Counted from the stretch's first letter, positions 1 through 9,238 are shown. The stretch: 24,000 nt of DNA from Erysipelotrichaceae bacterium (GCA_902399855.1 CABOGK010000004.1:15503-39502), one strand, 5' to 3'. Notes: generated from the sequence alone by a model not told the origin. Made by a program: numbers and translations.

Positions 1-1
1 G

Positions 2-226
2 AATACGATGAGCCGTGGAGTAACGATTCTTTCCGGAAAAGGTGGTTATACACAACAGGAACGTCCTGTTGTAATGTGTGTGATTTCTCGAAAAGAATAT
101 CCTTTGGTGGAACAAGAAATCAACCGGATTGATCCAGCCGCTTTTATGGTTGTCAGTGATGTCAATGAAATTCATGGTTCTGGTTTTACTTTTGAGGATG
201 GAACGATCAATCGTAATGTATGGTAA
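2..226 (+). CDS. YitT-family membrane protein, C-terminal fragment (gene starts upstream of window)
   Basis: The frame is open to the window edge. GVTILSGKGGYTQQERPVVMCVISRKEYPLVEQEINRIDPAAFMVVSDVNEIHG parallels the C-terminal DUF2179-type domain of the complete YitT-like protein at 5671-6552 (GMTILKGQGAYSKKPYYVCKTVISTYEQRDAIDCIRNVKPDVLINVYKTHHFYG). A terminator follows directly. Confidence 0.7.
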   Translation, partial: NTMSRGVTILSGKGGYTQQERPVVMCVISRKEYPLVEQEINRIDPAAFMVVSDVNEIHGSGFTFEDGTINRNVW

Positions 227-228
227 TT

Positions 229-252
229 AAAAACAGGAAGCTTCCTGTTTTT
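229..252. terminator. Bidirectional rho-independent terminator between convergent genes
   Basis: Perfect 24-nt palindrome AAAAACAGGAAGCTTCCTGTTTTT, with the stem flanked by an A-run and a T-run. It lies between the + strand stop at 224-226 and the - strand stop at 253-255. Confidence 0.8.
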
Positions 253-2082
253 TTAAGAGAGTTCAAACATACCGGTATAAAGCTGATAATATACACCATG
301 CTGGTCAATCAGCTGTTCGTGATTTCCACGTTCAATGATTTGTCCATGATCTAAAACGATAATGACATCCGCATTGCGGACTGTGGATAAACGATGGGCA
401 ATCACAAATACAGTTCGCCCTTCCATCAATTGATCCATACCTTTTTCAATCAACTGTTCTGTTCGCGTATCGATGGAAGAAGTCGCTTCATCTAAAATTA
501 ATACCGGAGGATCGGCCACGGCAGCACGGGCAATGGCTAATAACTGTCTTTGTCCGGTGGAAAGATTGCTGCCATCGTTATGAATCATAGTTTGATAGCC
601 TTGCGGTAATCGGCGAATAAAGGAATCCGCATTGGCTAATTTGGCTGCGCGAACGCATTCATCGTCTGTGGCTTCCAGATTCCCAAAACGAATATTATCT
701 AAGATCGTACCGGTGAATAAGTGAGTATCCTGTAGTACGATACCCAAAGATCGTCTTAGATCGGCTTTCTTGATGAGCTTGATATCGATGCCATCATAAG
801 TAATCGAACCATTTTGAATGTCATAGAAGCGGTTGATCAAATTGGTGATGGTTGTTTTACCTGCACCGGTTGCACCGACAAACGCAACTTTTTGTCCAGG
901 TTTGGCATATAGGGAAATATCATGCAGAATCGTTTTCTTTGTCGTGTAACCAAAGCTGACATCGTGAAAACGAACATCTCCCTGCAGTAAAACGTATTCA
1001 ATTCCTTGTTCTCTGGGGTGTCGCCATGCCCATTGTCCGGTATTTTCCTTGGTTTCGATGATTTGGTCGTTTTCTTTACGAATGCTGACAAGAGTTATTT
1101 TTCCTTGATCCACTTCCGGATCCATATTCATCAATTCGAAGATGCGTTCAGCCCCGGAAAGAGATGTCAATAATAAATTCATCTGCATCGTAAACTGGTT
1201 GATTGGCATAGCCGCCTGCCGCACGAAAATTAAATAACTGGCCAAAGAACCGACATCCATTTGTCCTCTTAAAACCATGTACCCACCTAGTACGGATACA
1301 ATCGCATAATTGACATAGGACAAGGATACGACCATCGGAACGATTGTTTGGGCATAACCTTGTGCTTTGGCACTGCTGCGCTGCAGATTTTTATTTAACT
1401 TTTCAAAAACTTTTTGGTTTGCTTTTTCATGATTAAAAACTTTGACGACTTTTTGGCCGGAAATCATCTCTTCAGTAAAACCATTGATATCTCCGATGTT
1501 TTTTTGTTGTAAAGAGAAATAAGATTTGCTTTTTTTACTGGAAAATTGGATATAGATAAACATGATGATGTAAAAAAGTACTACGATTAAAGACAATCGC
1601 CAGCTTAATACAAAGAGCAGAATCAAAGTACCAACTACCTGGATAAAGCTTTGAATCATCATCGCAAAAGAGTTGTTTAACGCATCCGATACCGTATCTA
1701 CATCGTTGGTAAAGCGTGACATTAGTTCACCGTGTGAGTGAGTGTCAAAGAAGGACAATGGCAGTTTTTGCAGTACATGAAATAAATCTTGTCGAATATC
1801 TTTGACCACTTTTTGGGCGGCGACTGCCATGATCTGTGTATAGCCTAAAGCGGATAAAACACCAATCAAAAAGATAAATGCCATGAGCAGGATTTGAAGG
1901 AAAGCTTTATCTAACCCGGTGTTCAGTACTTCGTTGACCACAGGACGAATCATATATGTACCAAGAAGATTTCCTAATGCGGAAAGGGCAACCAGAATGC
2001 CGACTAACACAAATAAAAGCGCATGATTTCCCATATAATGCATCAGTTTACGAATGGTTTGGGTGATGTTTTGTGGTTTCAT
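253..2082 (-). CDS. ABC exporter, fused permease/ATPase subunit (consensus-site partner of a heterodimer)
   Basis: 609 aa with an N-terminal multi-helix membrane domain. The C-terminal NBD has Walker A GATGAGKTT, signature LSTGQRQ, Walker B VLILDEATSSID and H-loop VIAHRLS. An AAAGGAG RBS precedes ATG 2082. The gene overlaps the upstream partner by 4 nt (2079-2082). Confidence 0.9.
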   Translation of the reverse strand: MKPQNITQTIRKLMHYMGNHALLFVLVGILVALSALGNLLGTYMIRPVVNEVLNTGLDKAFLQILLMAFIFLIGVLSALGYTQIMAVAAQKVVKDIRQDLFHVLQKLPLSFFDTHSHGELMSRFTNDVDTVSDALNNSFAMMIQSFIQVVGTLILLFVLSWRLSLIVVLFYIIMFIYIQFSSKKSKSYFSLQQKNIGDINGFTEEMISGQKVVKVFNHEKANQKVFEKLNKNLQRSSAKAQGYAQTIVPMVVSLSYVNYAIVSVLGGYMVLRGQMDVGSLASYLIFVRQAAMPINQFTMQMNLLLTSLSGAERIFELMNMDPEVDQGKITLVSIRKENDQIIETKENTGQWAWRHPREQGIEYVLLQGDVRFHDVSFGYTTKKTILHDISLYAKPGQKVAFVGATGAGKTTITNLINRFYDIQNGSITYDGIDIKLIKKADLRRSLGIVLQDTHLFTGTILDNIRFGNLEATDDECVRAAKLANADSFIRRLPQGYQTMIHNDGSNLSTGQRQLLAIARAAVADPPVLILDEATSSIDTRTEQLIEKGMDQLMEGRTVFVIAHRLSTVRNADVIIVLDHGQIIERGNHEQLIDQHGVYYQLYTGMFELS

Positions 2083-3806
2083 AGACTGGCTCCTTTCTGT
2101 TGTGATTCATATAAACCGCGGTAGAAATCACTTGTTTGCAGGAGTTGTTCATGAGATCCTTTCGCAGCAATCTTTCCGTCTTCCAAGATCAAAATTTGAT
2201 CACAATGACTGACAGAGCTGACACGCTGGGCAATGATGATCTGTGTCAATCCATGAATTTTTGAAAGTGAATTTCGAATTGCGTGATCGGTATTAGTATC
2301 AACCGCACTCGTTGAATCATCTAAAATTAAGATCCTTGGTTTCTTCAATAAAGCTCTGGCAATACATAAACGTTGTTTTTGACCACCGGATACGTTATTT
2401 CCACCTTGTTCGATGTATGTATCGTATTGATCCGGCATCTTTTGAATGAATTCATCAGCACATGCGATTTTACAAGCCTCTTGAATTTCTTCATCGCTTG
2501 CGTTTGAATCGCCCCAACGCATATTTTCTTTAATCGTACCTAAGAATAAGGTATTCTTTTGTAAGACCATTCCCACTCTGTTTCTAAGATCTTCCAAATT
2601 CATATCGCGAACATCGACCTGACCAATTTTGATGGAGCCTTCACTGACATCGTATAACCGGGCAATCAATTGTACCAAACTGGATTTGGCACTGCCGGTT
2701 GCTCCCATGATCCCTACTGTGGAACCGGCCGGAATATGCCAATCAATATCATTAAGCACGTATTCTTTGGCGTTTTGTGCATATTTAAAATACACGTGAT
2801 GAAAATCGATGGAACTGTCCTTTGGCGTCAATGGAAGGGCACCGGAGATCAAAGTGACTTTTTCTTCCACAACTTGAGCAATACGGTTACAGGAAGCCAA
2901 AGAACGAGTAATCAATAAAAAGACATTGGAGATCATCATCAAAGAATTCATGATCTGAAGCACGTAGCTTAAAACACCGGTTAATTCTCCCACCTGCATT
3001 TGATTTTGTACAATTAAATGAATACCTAAGGTCATTAAACCAACGATGGCCATGTACATGGTCATTTGAAAGGCCGGGGTATTTAAAGAGGCAATATGGA
3101 AAGTATCTTGAGAAATTTTGGCAAGGTCCTGGTTCACTTTCTCAAATTGTTCTTCTTCATATTCGTCGCGCACAAAGGCTTTAATAGCCCGAATCGCCGT
3201 TAGATTTTCCTGAATCAAACGATTGACGGAATCAATGGCTTTTTGTAGTACAGAATACATTGGGGCTACCTTTCTGACCACAAAAAAGAGAATGACAGCC
3301 AGGATCGGGGTGGTAAACAAGAAAATCACAGAAAGTTCTTTATTGATCAGAAAAGACATCACAAGACCTAAAATTAATATAATCGGGCCACGGGCAAAAG
3401 GACGAATCCCATTGACCAGTGAATTCTGAATCACTGTCACGTCGCTTGTCAAACGTGTGATCAAAGAACTGGTTTCAAAGTGATCTAAATTGGCAAAAGA
3501 ATAACTTTGAATTTTCTGATATTGTACAGATCGAAGCCTTTGACCAAATAAGGTAATGGCTTTAGCGGCATACCGAGCATACAGTAAACCAAAAATTAAA
3601 GATAAGATGGCACAGCCAATCATTTCAAGCCCCTGTTCCATAAAAACAGAAGGGTCTTTTTGTGCAATCCCCACATCGATGATCTCTGACATCAACAGTG
3701 GGATAAAAACTTCAAATGAAGTTTCAATCGCAACACATAAAATAGAAAAAACAAAATATCGTCGAATACCTTTTGTATAGGCAAATAATACTTTTAAAGA
3801 TGACAT
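2079..3806 (-). CDS. ABC exporter, fused permease/ATPase subunit with degenerate ATP site
   Basis: Membrane domain plus NBD with Walker A GATGSAKSS, signature VSGGQKQR, Walker B ILILDDSTSAVD (Asp where the catalytic Glu is expected) and IIAQRVSS (Gln at the H-loop His position). I moved the start from the ORF-track ATG 3827 to ATG 3806 because AAAGGA lies 6-7 nt upstream of 3806 and a TATAAT (minus strand, 3834-3829) would leave 3827 untranscribed. Confidence 0.85.
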   Translation of the reverse strand: MSSLKVLFAYTKGIRRYFVFSILCVAIETSFEVFIPLLMSEIIDVGIAQKDPSVFMEQGLEMIGCAILSLIFGLLYARYAAKAITLFGQRLRSVQYQKIQSYSFANLDHFETSSLITRLTSDVTVIQNSLVNGIRPFARGPIILILGLVMSFLINKELSVIFLFTTPILAVILFFVVRKVAPMYSVLQKAIDSVNRLIQENLTAIRAIKAFVRDEYEEEQFEKVNQDLAKISQDTFHIASLNTPAFQMTMYMAIVGLMTLGIHLIVQNQMQVGELTGVLSYVLQIMNSLMMISNVFLLITRSLASCNRIAQVVEEKVTLISGALPLTPKDSSIDFHHVYFKYAQNAKEYVLNDIDWHIPAGSTVGIMGATGSAKSSLVQLIARLYDVSEGSIKIGQVDVRDMNLEDLRNRVGMVLQKNTLFLGTIKENMRWGDSNASDEEIQEACKIACADEFIQKMPDQYDTYIEQGGNNVSGGQKQRLCIARALLKKPRILILDDSTSAVDTNTDHAIRNSLSKIHGLTQIIIAQRVSSVSHCDQILILEDGKIAAKGSHEQLLQTSDFYRGLYESQQKGASL

Positions 3807-3869
3807 ATGGAATCCTTTCGTTTTCAATATTATACACCTAAATTTTAACCTGGGTCGAATCCGTGCATA

Positions 3870-3924
3870 TTTCCTATGGTTAGGAAAAATCTTATTTTTT
3901 GATTTTAGAAAAATAGCCTATAAT
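3870..3924 (+). promoter_or_regulatory. Operator-like palindrome plus predicted promoter of the HAD gene
   Basis: Perfect TTTCCTAtggtTAGGAAA at 3870-3887. TATAAT at 3919-3924 lies 31 nt downstream, followed by the GGAAAGGA RBS and ATG 3952. The -35 region is weak. Confidence 0.6.
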
Positions 3925-3951
3925 ATATAAGTTGTCTGGAAAGGAATCTTT

Positions 3952-4728
3952 ATGCATACATTATTTTTTGATTTTGATGGTACTTTACGTGTACCAGAAA
4001 CCAATGAAGTTTCAAAAGAAACAATACAGAATTTAAGAACTTTGCGAAAAGAAGGGAATTTGATCTTTATTAATACTGGACGTTGTTTTTCTTCTTTAGA
4101 AGGACAGGCCAAAGATTTACCGTTAGATGGTGTTATTTGTGGATGTGGTACTTATATTCGATATCGAGGACAGATATTATATGAAGTACAAGCTACATCG
4201 ATTCAAAAAGAGCGTGTGCTCAAGGCTTTACGCACATGTCGGCTCGATGCGTTTTTAGAAGGTCATGGTGGCCTGTTTGTCGATCAGACGTATTCAGATC
4301 AGCTGAACCAGGTGATTTCCTTTTTTAAACGAATGAATGTAAATATGTTGTCTACAGAGGATCCTTCTTTTGAGTTTTCTAAGATGAGTCTCTATTATAC
4401 AGATCAAAAACAAAAAGATGAATTTGAAAGTCTGTTAAAGGAAGATTTTGACTTTATCAACTTCCCAAATCTTAAAGCGGAGGCTGTTTTAAAAGGGCAC
4501 TCGAAAGCCAGTGGTATGCGCATGTTATTGAAAGAATTATCACTTCCATGTTCTACAAGTATCGCCTTTGGTGATAGTGATAATGACATGGAGATGTTAA
4601 AGGAAGCAAGCTGCAGTGTTTTAATTGGAAAGCATGCCCCGCATTTACAAGAGTTAGCCGATCTAAAAGCTCCGTCTGCCAAAGAAGAAGGAATCAGCTG
4701 GGCGTTACGAAAATTGAATTTGATTTAA
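3952..4728 (+). CDS. Cof-type HAD-IIB family hydrolase (probable sugar-phosphate phosphatase)
   Basis: 258 aa with HAD motif I FFDFDGTL at the N-terminus and motif IV GDSDNDMEML near the C-terminus, separated by a cap-sized insert. A good RBS is present. Confidence 0.85.
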   Translation: MHTLFFDFDGTLRVPETNEVSKETIQNLRTLRKEGNLIFINTGRCFSSLEGQAKDLPLDGVICGCGTYIRYRGQILYEVQATSIQKERVLKALRTCRLDAFLEGHGGLFVDQTYSDQLNQVISFFKRMNVNMLSTEDPSFEFSKMSLYYTDQKQKDEFESLLKEDFDFINFPNLKAEAVLKGHSKASGMRMLLKELSLPCSTSIAFGDSDNDMEMLKEASCSVLIGKHAPHLQELADLKAPSAKEEGISWALRKLNLI

Positions 4729-4745
4729 AAAGTGGATACACACAC

Positions 4746-4790
4746 AAAATTCTCCGGATAATGAAAATAGACCAGGAGAATTTTTTATAT
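4746..4790. terminator. Stem-loop terminator after the HAD gene (possibly bidirectional)
   Basis: AAAATTCTCC (4746-4755) pairs with GGAGAATTTT (4775-4784), followed by TTTTATAT. It lies between the HAD stop (4728) and the end of the minus-strand remnant (4792). Confidence 0.6.
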
Positions 4791-4791
4791 A

Positions 4792-5546
4792 TTAAAAGGA
4801 TGAATGAAAATTCAATTGTTCCAGAATTTTAGGCTGTAATTCGTTTTGAACATGAAGAATAGAAAAAGCTTGGTGGATATCTGAAATTGAGCTACTTTCC
4901 AATAAAATGGAAATGTTGTCAATTAAATTATCCAACTTTCTTTTTCCGTGCCAGAAAAGCGCCCTGGACAAATGTGCACATTTCTCAAATATGCATCTTT
5001 TTTAGGATTAATAGAATTTGGTTGAATTCTCTGTCGGATAGAAACAGTAAAGATAATAACTCCATGATATCTTTTGAGATTCCATAGATCTCTGGATCAA
5101 ATCGAAAGTCTTCGTTTTTCTTTCTTTTCTTCGGTTGTATATTCTAACCAGTCGCTATCTTTTTTCTTCGCATTGCGCAAGCAGATCCAAATCGATCGAA
5201 CATCGAGCCCTCATCGTACAACATGTTCTGAAATCCTGGAGAATGGTTTTGTTGGCCGGCAATGAGTCGATAGGCATATTAAAGACCACGGCGGAAAAGA
5301 CGATACGTATAGGATCCTTCATCTTGGGCTTCAATACGAATCAGAATGCATCGCTCATCTTGGAAGGGATGAGACTGGCTGAATCAGAGAAGCTGTTTCT
5401 TGCAGGGAAAGATGTTTACATTTGTCTAAACATTGTTGAAGAAGAACAGCTTGAAGCAATTTAAAAGAAAGAATGATTTTGGACTGGGCATCAAAATACT
5501 GCTTGTCCAGTTCCAAAATATGACCTAATTCGTTTAAATGTGAGAT
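4792..5546 (-). pseudogene. Decayed gene of unknown function (multiple frameshifts/stops, no canonical start)
   Basis: Minus-strand translation gives protein-like segments that hop between all three frames. In order these are ISHLNELGHILELDKQYFDAQSKIILSFKLLQAVLLQQCLDKCKHLSLQETASLIQPVSS, then SQDERCILIRIEAQDEGSYTYRLFRRGL, then KDSDWLEYTTEEKKEKRRLSI, then DPEIYGISKDIMELLSLLFLSDREFNQILLILKKMHI, then DNLIDNISILLESSSISDIHQAFSILHVQNELQPKILEQLNFHSSF. An AGGTGG RBS at 5559-5554 is followed by ATC rather than ATG. LSLQETASLI could be an HTH remnant. Confidence 0.45.
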
Positions 5547-5670
5547 GATTAAACCACCTATTAATCAATACGCATAAAATAGACAAAATCATACATTTTA
5601 TTCGATATTATTTATATATTTAAAAGAACGCATTTTTTCAAAGAGGTATCGAACTTCAAAACTTTTTATT

Positions 5671-6552
5671 TTATTCAATGGGTTTTTGATAGAAAGCACC
5701 GTAGAAGTGATGCGTCTTATAGACATTGATCAAAACATCGGGTTTGACATTACGAATACAGTCAATAGCATCACGTTGTTCATAGGTGCTGATAACGGTT
5801 TTGCAGACATAATAAGGTTTTTTACTATAAGCTCCCTGCCCTTTTAAGATTGTCATTCCATGACGGAATTGATTAAGAAAAGCATCGCTGACCGTTTCCG
5901 GATCATCGGTGGTGATTTCCAGAGTTACCTGGGCATAACGATCATAAAAACCAGAAATGGTCTTGGTTGAGATAAACTGAAAAACCAGGGAATAACCGGC
6001 TGCTTCCCAACCAAAGAGAGCACCGAAGATCAATATCAAAGTAGCATTGAATAAAAATACATAATCCCATAAACTCTTATGGATTTTATTGGATACATAG
6101 AGAGCAATAAAATCGGTACCTCCGGTTGAGGCATCGGCTTTTAGGGCAAGAGAGATAGAAAGGCCGTATAAAAAGCCACCAAATAATATATTCAACATTT
6201 TGTCATCGAAAAAAGGCGTAAAGTCAAAGACTTGTAAGAATAAAGAGACTAAACCAAACTGCAGACAGCTTAAAAAAGTAAAGCGATGGGATACGCTTTT
6301 ATAGCACAAAAGAGCGGCTGGAATATTTAAAACTAAGATGCCCAAGGATACGGAAAAATCAATGCCAAGCAGTTGAGTGATGCGACTGATCAGAATGGAA
6401 AGACCAGTAAATCCGCTAGAAAGCAGGTCGCAAGGATTCATAAAAACCTGTATGATATAAACCTGCATCCATGCACTGGCTATGATTAAAAGTACAGAGA
6501 ATATAAAGCGTGCAATTTTGTTTTTTTGAAGTTGATGAATCTGAGAAGCCAT
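5671..6552 (-). CDS. YitT-family membrane protein (DUF2179 C-terminal domain)
   Basis: 293 aa with several hydrophobic helices, then a soluble C-terminal domain similar to the fragment at 2-226. An AAGGAAGG RBS lies upstream of ATG 6552. Confidence 0.8.
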   Translation of the reverse strand: MASQIHQLQKNKIARFIFSVLLIIASAWMQVYIIQVFMNPCDLLSSGFTGLSILISRITQLLGIDFSVSLGILVLNIPAALLCYKSVSHRFTFLSCLQFGLVSLFLQVFDFTPFFDDKMLNILFGGFLYGLSISLALKADASTGGTDFIALYVSNKIHKSLWDYVFLFNATLILIFGALFGWEAAGYSLVFQFISTKTISGFYDRYAQVTLEITTDDPETVSDAFLNQFRHGMTILKGQGAYSKKPYYVCKTVISTYEQRDAIDCIRNVKPDVLINVYKTHHFYGAFYQKPIE

Positions 6553-6579
6553 AATGAACCTTCCTTTAGTACAGAAGCC

Positions 6580-6637
6580 ATTATAGAGAAAAATACAGAG
6601 ATTCTATCACAGATTGTCTTCCTAACAGATAAGGAAA
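6580..6637 (-). promoter_or_regulatory. Degenerate copy of the palindrome plus predicted YitT promoter
   Basis: Read on the minus strand, 6637-6618 is TTTCCTTatctgtTAGGAAG (each arm 6/7, spacer 6). TATAAT on the minus strand at 6585-6580 lies 32 nt downstream. The RBS and ATG 6552 follow. Confidence 0.45.
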
Positions 6638-6653
6638 AACCACAAAGATTTTA

Positions 6654-6708
6654 TTTCCTAATATTAGGAAACAGGAAAAATGGACAAAATAAAGAGGATG
6701 CATACAAT
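6654..6708 (+). promoter_or_regulatory. Operator-like palindrome plus predicted promoter of the PRD regulator gene
   Basis: Perfect TTTCCTAatatTAGGAAA at 6654-6671. TGGACA at 6681-6686, a 16-nt spacer, then TACAAT at 6703-6708. The gap from palindrome to -10 is 31 nt, identical to the HAD promoter. The predicted leader is very short (SD AAGGGA at 6714-6719), which is a weakness. Confidence 0.55.
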
Positions 6709-6726
6709 AAAGTAAGGGATTAGACT

Positions 6727-8640
6727 ATGTTAAATAAACGACAGGAAAAAATCATCATGCTCTTGCAGGATTCGAAGAAATGGATCACGGGTAAGGAATT
6801 TGCCCGTTTGATGAATGTTTCAGATCGAACGATACGAAGTGATATCGATACGATCAATCGTACATACAATGCGCATTTGATCGAATCGAATTTACGCAGT
6901 GGTTATCGAATCAATGAAGAAATATTGACGACATTGCCAATCGAACTCAATGCGGTATCGATTCCGCAGACACCGGATGAGCGTTGTACATATATTTTGC
7001 AGGAGTTAATTTTAGAAAAGAAACAAATCAACTTGTTAGATCTTCAGGAACAAGTTTTTATTAGTGGATATTCTATCGATAACGATATCAAACGCATCAA
7101 AAAGATGTTGGAGCCTTACCAGGATCTTTCTTTGATTCGCTCTAAAAACTGTATTCGTTTGGATGGCAGTGAAGAAAGTAAACGGAAACTTTATAAGCAA
7201 TTACTGTTTGAAGAAACACAGGGAAACTTTTTGAATTTAAATCGACTTTCCAGTATGTTTCATGATTTAGATTTGGAGTATGCCAAAGAAGTTTTGGACA
7301 AGATGTTTAAAAAGTACAATTTTCATGTTCGTGAAATGCAAAAGCCTATGTTGATGATTCATGTAGGAATAGCATTAGAGAGAATGATCCACCACAATTA
7401 TGTGGAAACTTCCAGAGATACACCGGAGCTTAGAAACACCAAGGAATACAGCATCACCAAAGAGTTCTTTGATACGATGGCACAATCGATCCATATCGAT
7501 GTCAATGAAAATGAAGTCGTGTTACTGGCACTTTTGTTGCGAGGGAAGAAAGCCATTACGATGCATAACGACCTTGTACAAAGTGTAACTGATGGCATCA
7601 ATGTCAATGACCTGGTGACAAAGATCGTCACGATGATCAAAGAAGATTTTGATATCGATTTTGTCAAAGATCTCGATCTAAGAACCGGTTTGGCTCTTCA
7701 TATACAAGGCTTGATCGAACGAAAGAAAAAGGATATTGTTGTATCGAATCTATATTTACAGGAATTAAAGAGAAAATATCCGCTTGTCTTTGAATTGGCG
7801 ATTCATGTCGGACAAATCTTAAATGAAACATTAGATATGCAGGTATCAGAAAATGAAGTTGGTTTTTTAGCACTCCATTTAGGAGCCGCTTATGAAAGAT
7901 CGCATTCTTTTCAAAAGTATCGAGTTGTGATGATCTATCCGGTCGATCAGGCTTTTGGGGATATCTTGTTAAGAAAAGTCGATACGCTGTTTTCGGAGCG
8001 AATGACAGTAATTAACTGTTCCAGTTTCTTTGAAGAAAAGATGATCAAAGAGTTAAATCCGGATCTGATCTTGACAACACTGCAGCTGCAGCACAATTTA
8101 GATATTTCAACGATTCAGATTTCTTTGTTTATCAGTACCGAAGATGAAAGTAAGATCTTTCAGGCATTGAATGCTTTGGATAAAAAGCGTTACCAACAAA
8201 AGTTTGAAGATGAACTCATTGATTTGATTGAGCCGGAGTTGTTCTATAAAAATTTGGAGTTGCGCACACCAACCGAAGTGATTACATATATGTGTGATAA
8301 TTTGGAGAAAAAAGGCTATTGCGATTCGTCATTTAAAGAAGCGGTTTTGAAAAGGGAGGAAGTGGCTGCCACCAGCTTTGTTTATTCCTTTGCGGTACCT
8401 CATTCCCTGAATGTACCAAGCTTTCGTCCGGCCATTTCTGTCGGTTTCTTAAAACGTCCGATCAAATGGGGCGAATTTGATGTCAAGATGGTCTTATTGC
8501 TGGCGGTCAATGAAGAACATCAGGATCTTCTGATTATGTTCTTTGAGTGGTTAAGCGGTATGATCAACAATGCCAATCATTTTGCCGCTTTACTGGAAAC
8601 AAAGGATTATGACGACTTTGTCGCCAAGATCGTTGAATAG
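6727..8640 (+). CDS. PRD-domain transcriptional regulator (LicR/MtlR-like: HTH, PRDs, EIIB-like, EIIA-2-like)
   Basis: 637 aa. It has an N-terminal HTH (KWITGKEFARLMNVSDRTIRSDIDTIN) and PRD-type segments (MIHVGIALERM, LALHIQGLIER, FLALHLGAAYER). The EIIB-like segment RVVMIYPVDQ has no Cys. The C-terminal EIIA-2-like domain carries AVPHS. Confidence 0.85.
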   Translation: MLNKRQEKIIMLLQDSKKWITGKEFARLMNVSDRTIRSDIDTINRTYNAHLIESNLRSGYRINEEILTTLPIELNAVSIPQTPDERCTYILQELILEKKQINLLDLQEQVFISGYSIDNDIKRIKKMLEPYQDLSLIRSKNCIRLDGSEESKRKLYKQLLFEETQGNFLNLNRLSSMFHDLDLEYAKEVLDKMFKKYNFHVREMQKPMLMIHVGIALERMIHHNYVETSRDTPELRNTKEYSITKEFFDTMAQSIHIDVNENEVVLLALLLRGKKAITMHNDLVQSVTDGINVNDLVTKIVTMIKEDFDIDFVKDLDLRTGLALHIQGLIERKKKDIVVSNLYLQELKRKYPLVFELAIHVGQILNETLDMQVSENEVGFLALHLGAAYERSHSFQKYRVVMIYPVDQAFGDILLRKVDTLFSERMTVINCSSFFEEKMIKELNPDLILTTLQLQHNLDISTIQISLFISTEDESKIFQALNALDKKRYQQKFEDELIDLIEPELFYKNLELRTPTEVITYMCDNLEKKGYCDSSFKEAVLKREEVAATSFVYSFAVPHSLNVPSFRPAISVGFLKRPIKWGEFDVKMVLLLAVNEEHQDLLIMFFEWLSGMINNANHFAALLETKDYDDFVAKIVE

Positions 8641-8650
8641 GAGGACTATC

Positions 8651-9238
8651 ATGAGTAAAAAACATAATATAAGGGCCGGAATACAGCTGCAAAAGACGAG
8701 TGTGAATAACTTTTCTCGTGTAGGTGCCTATTTGATTGACTGGTATATCGCATCGATGTTTGCCGGTATTCCGATTACCTTGATTGCCACATCGATTAAT
8801 CATAATACAACGATCACACAGGATTTAAGCACCTTACCATTAGGTTGGGCCGTTTTAGCCGGTATTTTAGCTATCGTCTTTTATCTGGGCTATTATTTTG
8901 TCGTAGAACTGAAAGTCTATAAAGGACAAAGCTTTGGAAAGCGTATCTTTAAGCTGAAGGTTGTAAAAGATGATGGAAGCGATGTGGATTTTAAAACGAT
9001 CCTGCTACGAGAAGGCTTGGGAATCATGATTGTCGAAGGATATTTAGCTAACAGTTCCAGTTATCTTCGTCAGATTCTGCAGCTTTTTACCGATTTTAAT
9101 ATCATGGATCTTGCGGTCTATTTATTTGGAATCATTTCGGCGGTTTCGATTTTGATCGGACTTGCCAGTCCTTCTCGAAAGATGATTCATGACTTTATTG
9201 CGCATACGCATATTATCAGTACAAAAGATGAGAATTGA
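8651..9238 (+). CDS. RDD-family membrane protein
   Basis: The RDD hallmarks are present: FSRVGAYLIDWYI, a hydrophobic helix pair, GQSFGKRIFKLKVVKDDG, LLRE, and SRKMIHDFIAHTHII. I moved the start from the ORF-track 8570 to ATG 8651 because AGGAGG at 8639-8644 lies 6 nt upstream. The gene sits 10 nt after the regulator stop, so the two are probably co-transcribed. Confidence 0.8.
   Translation: MSKKHNIRAGIQLQKTSVNNFSRVGAYLIDWYIASMFAGIPITLIATSINHNTTITQDLSTLPLGWAVLAGILAIVFYLGYYFVVELKVYKGQSFGKRIFKLKVVKDDGSDVDFKTILLREGLGIMIVEGYLANSSSYLRQILQLFTDFNIMDLAVYLFGIISAVSILIGLASPSRKMIHDFIAHTHIISTKDEN

Noticed and set aside
3829-3860. Inclusion of the ABC exporter pair in the TTTCCTA-palindrome regulon
   Set aside because: The best minus-strand -10 (3834-3829) is 35 nt from the palindrome instead of the 31-32 nt seen at the other five promoters, and the only -35-like hexamer would give a 20-nt spacer.
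4887-5464. Three overlapping plus-strand ORFs (66, 63 and 109 aa)
   Set aside because: Their sequences are low-complexity and Ser/Phe/Arg-rich, with no RBS. The minus strand of the same region translates into much more protein-like, though frameshifted, segments, so I interpret it as a decayed minus-strand gene.
6526-6723. 65-aa ORF filling the YitT/regulator intergenic region
   Set aside because: It overlaps the YitT start codon region and both predicted divergent promoters and palindromes, and it has no RBS. The region is better explained as regulatory DNA.
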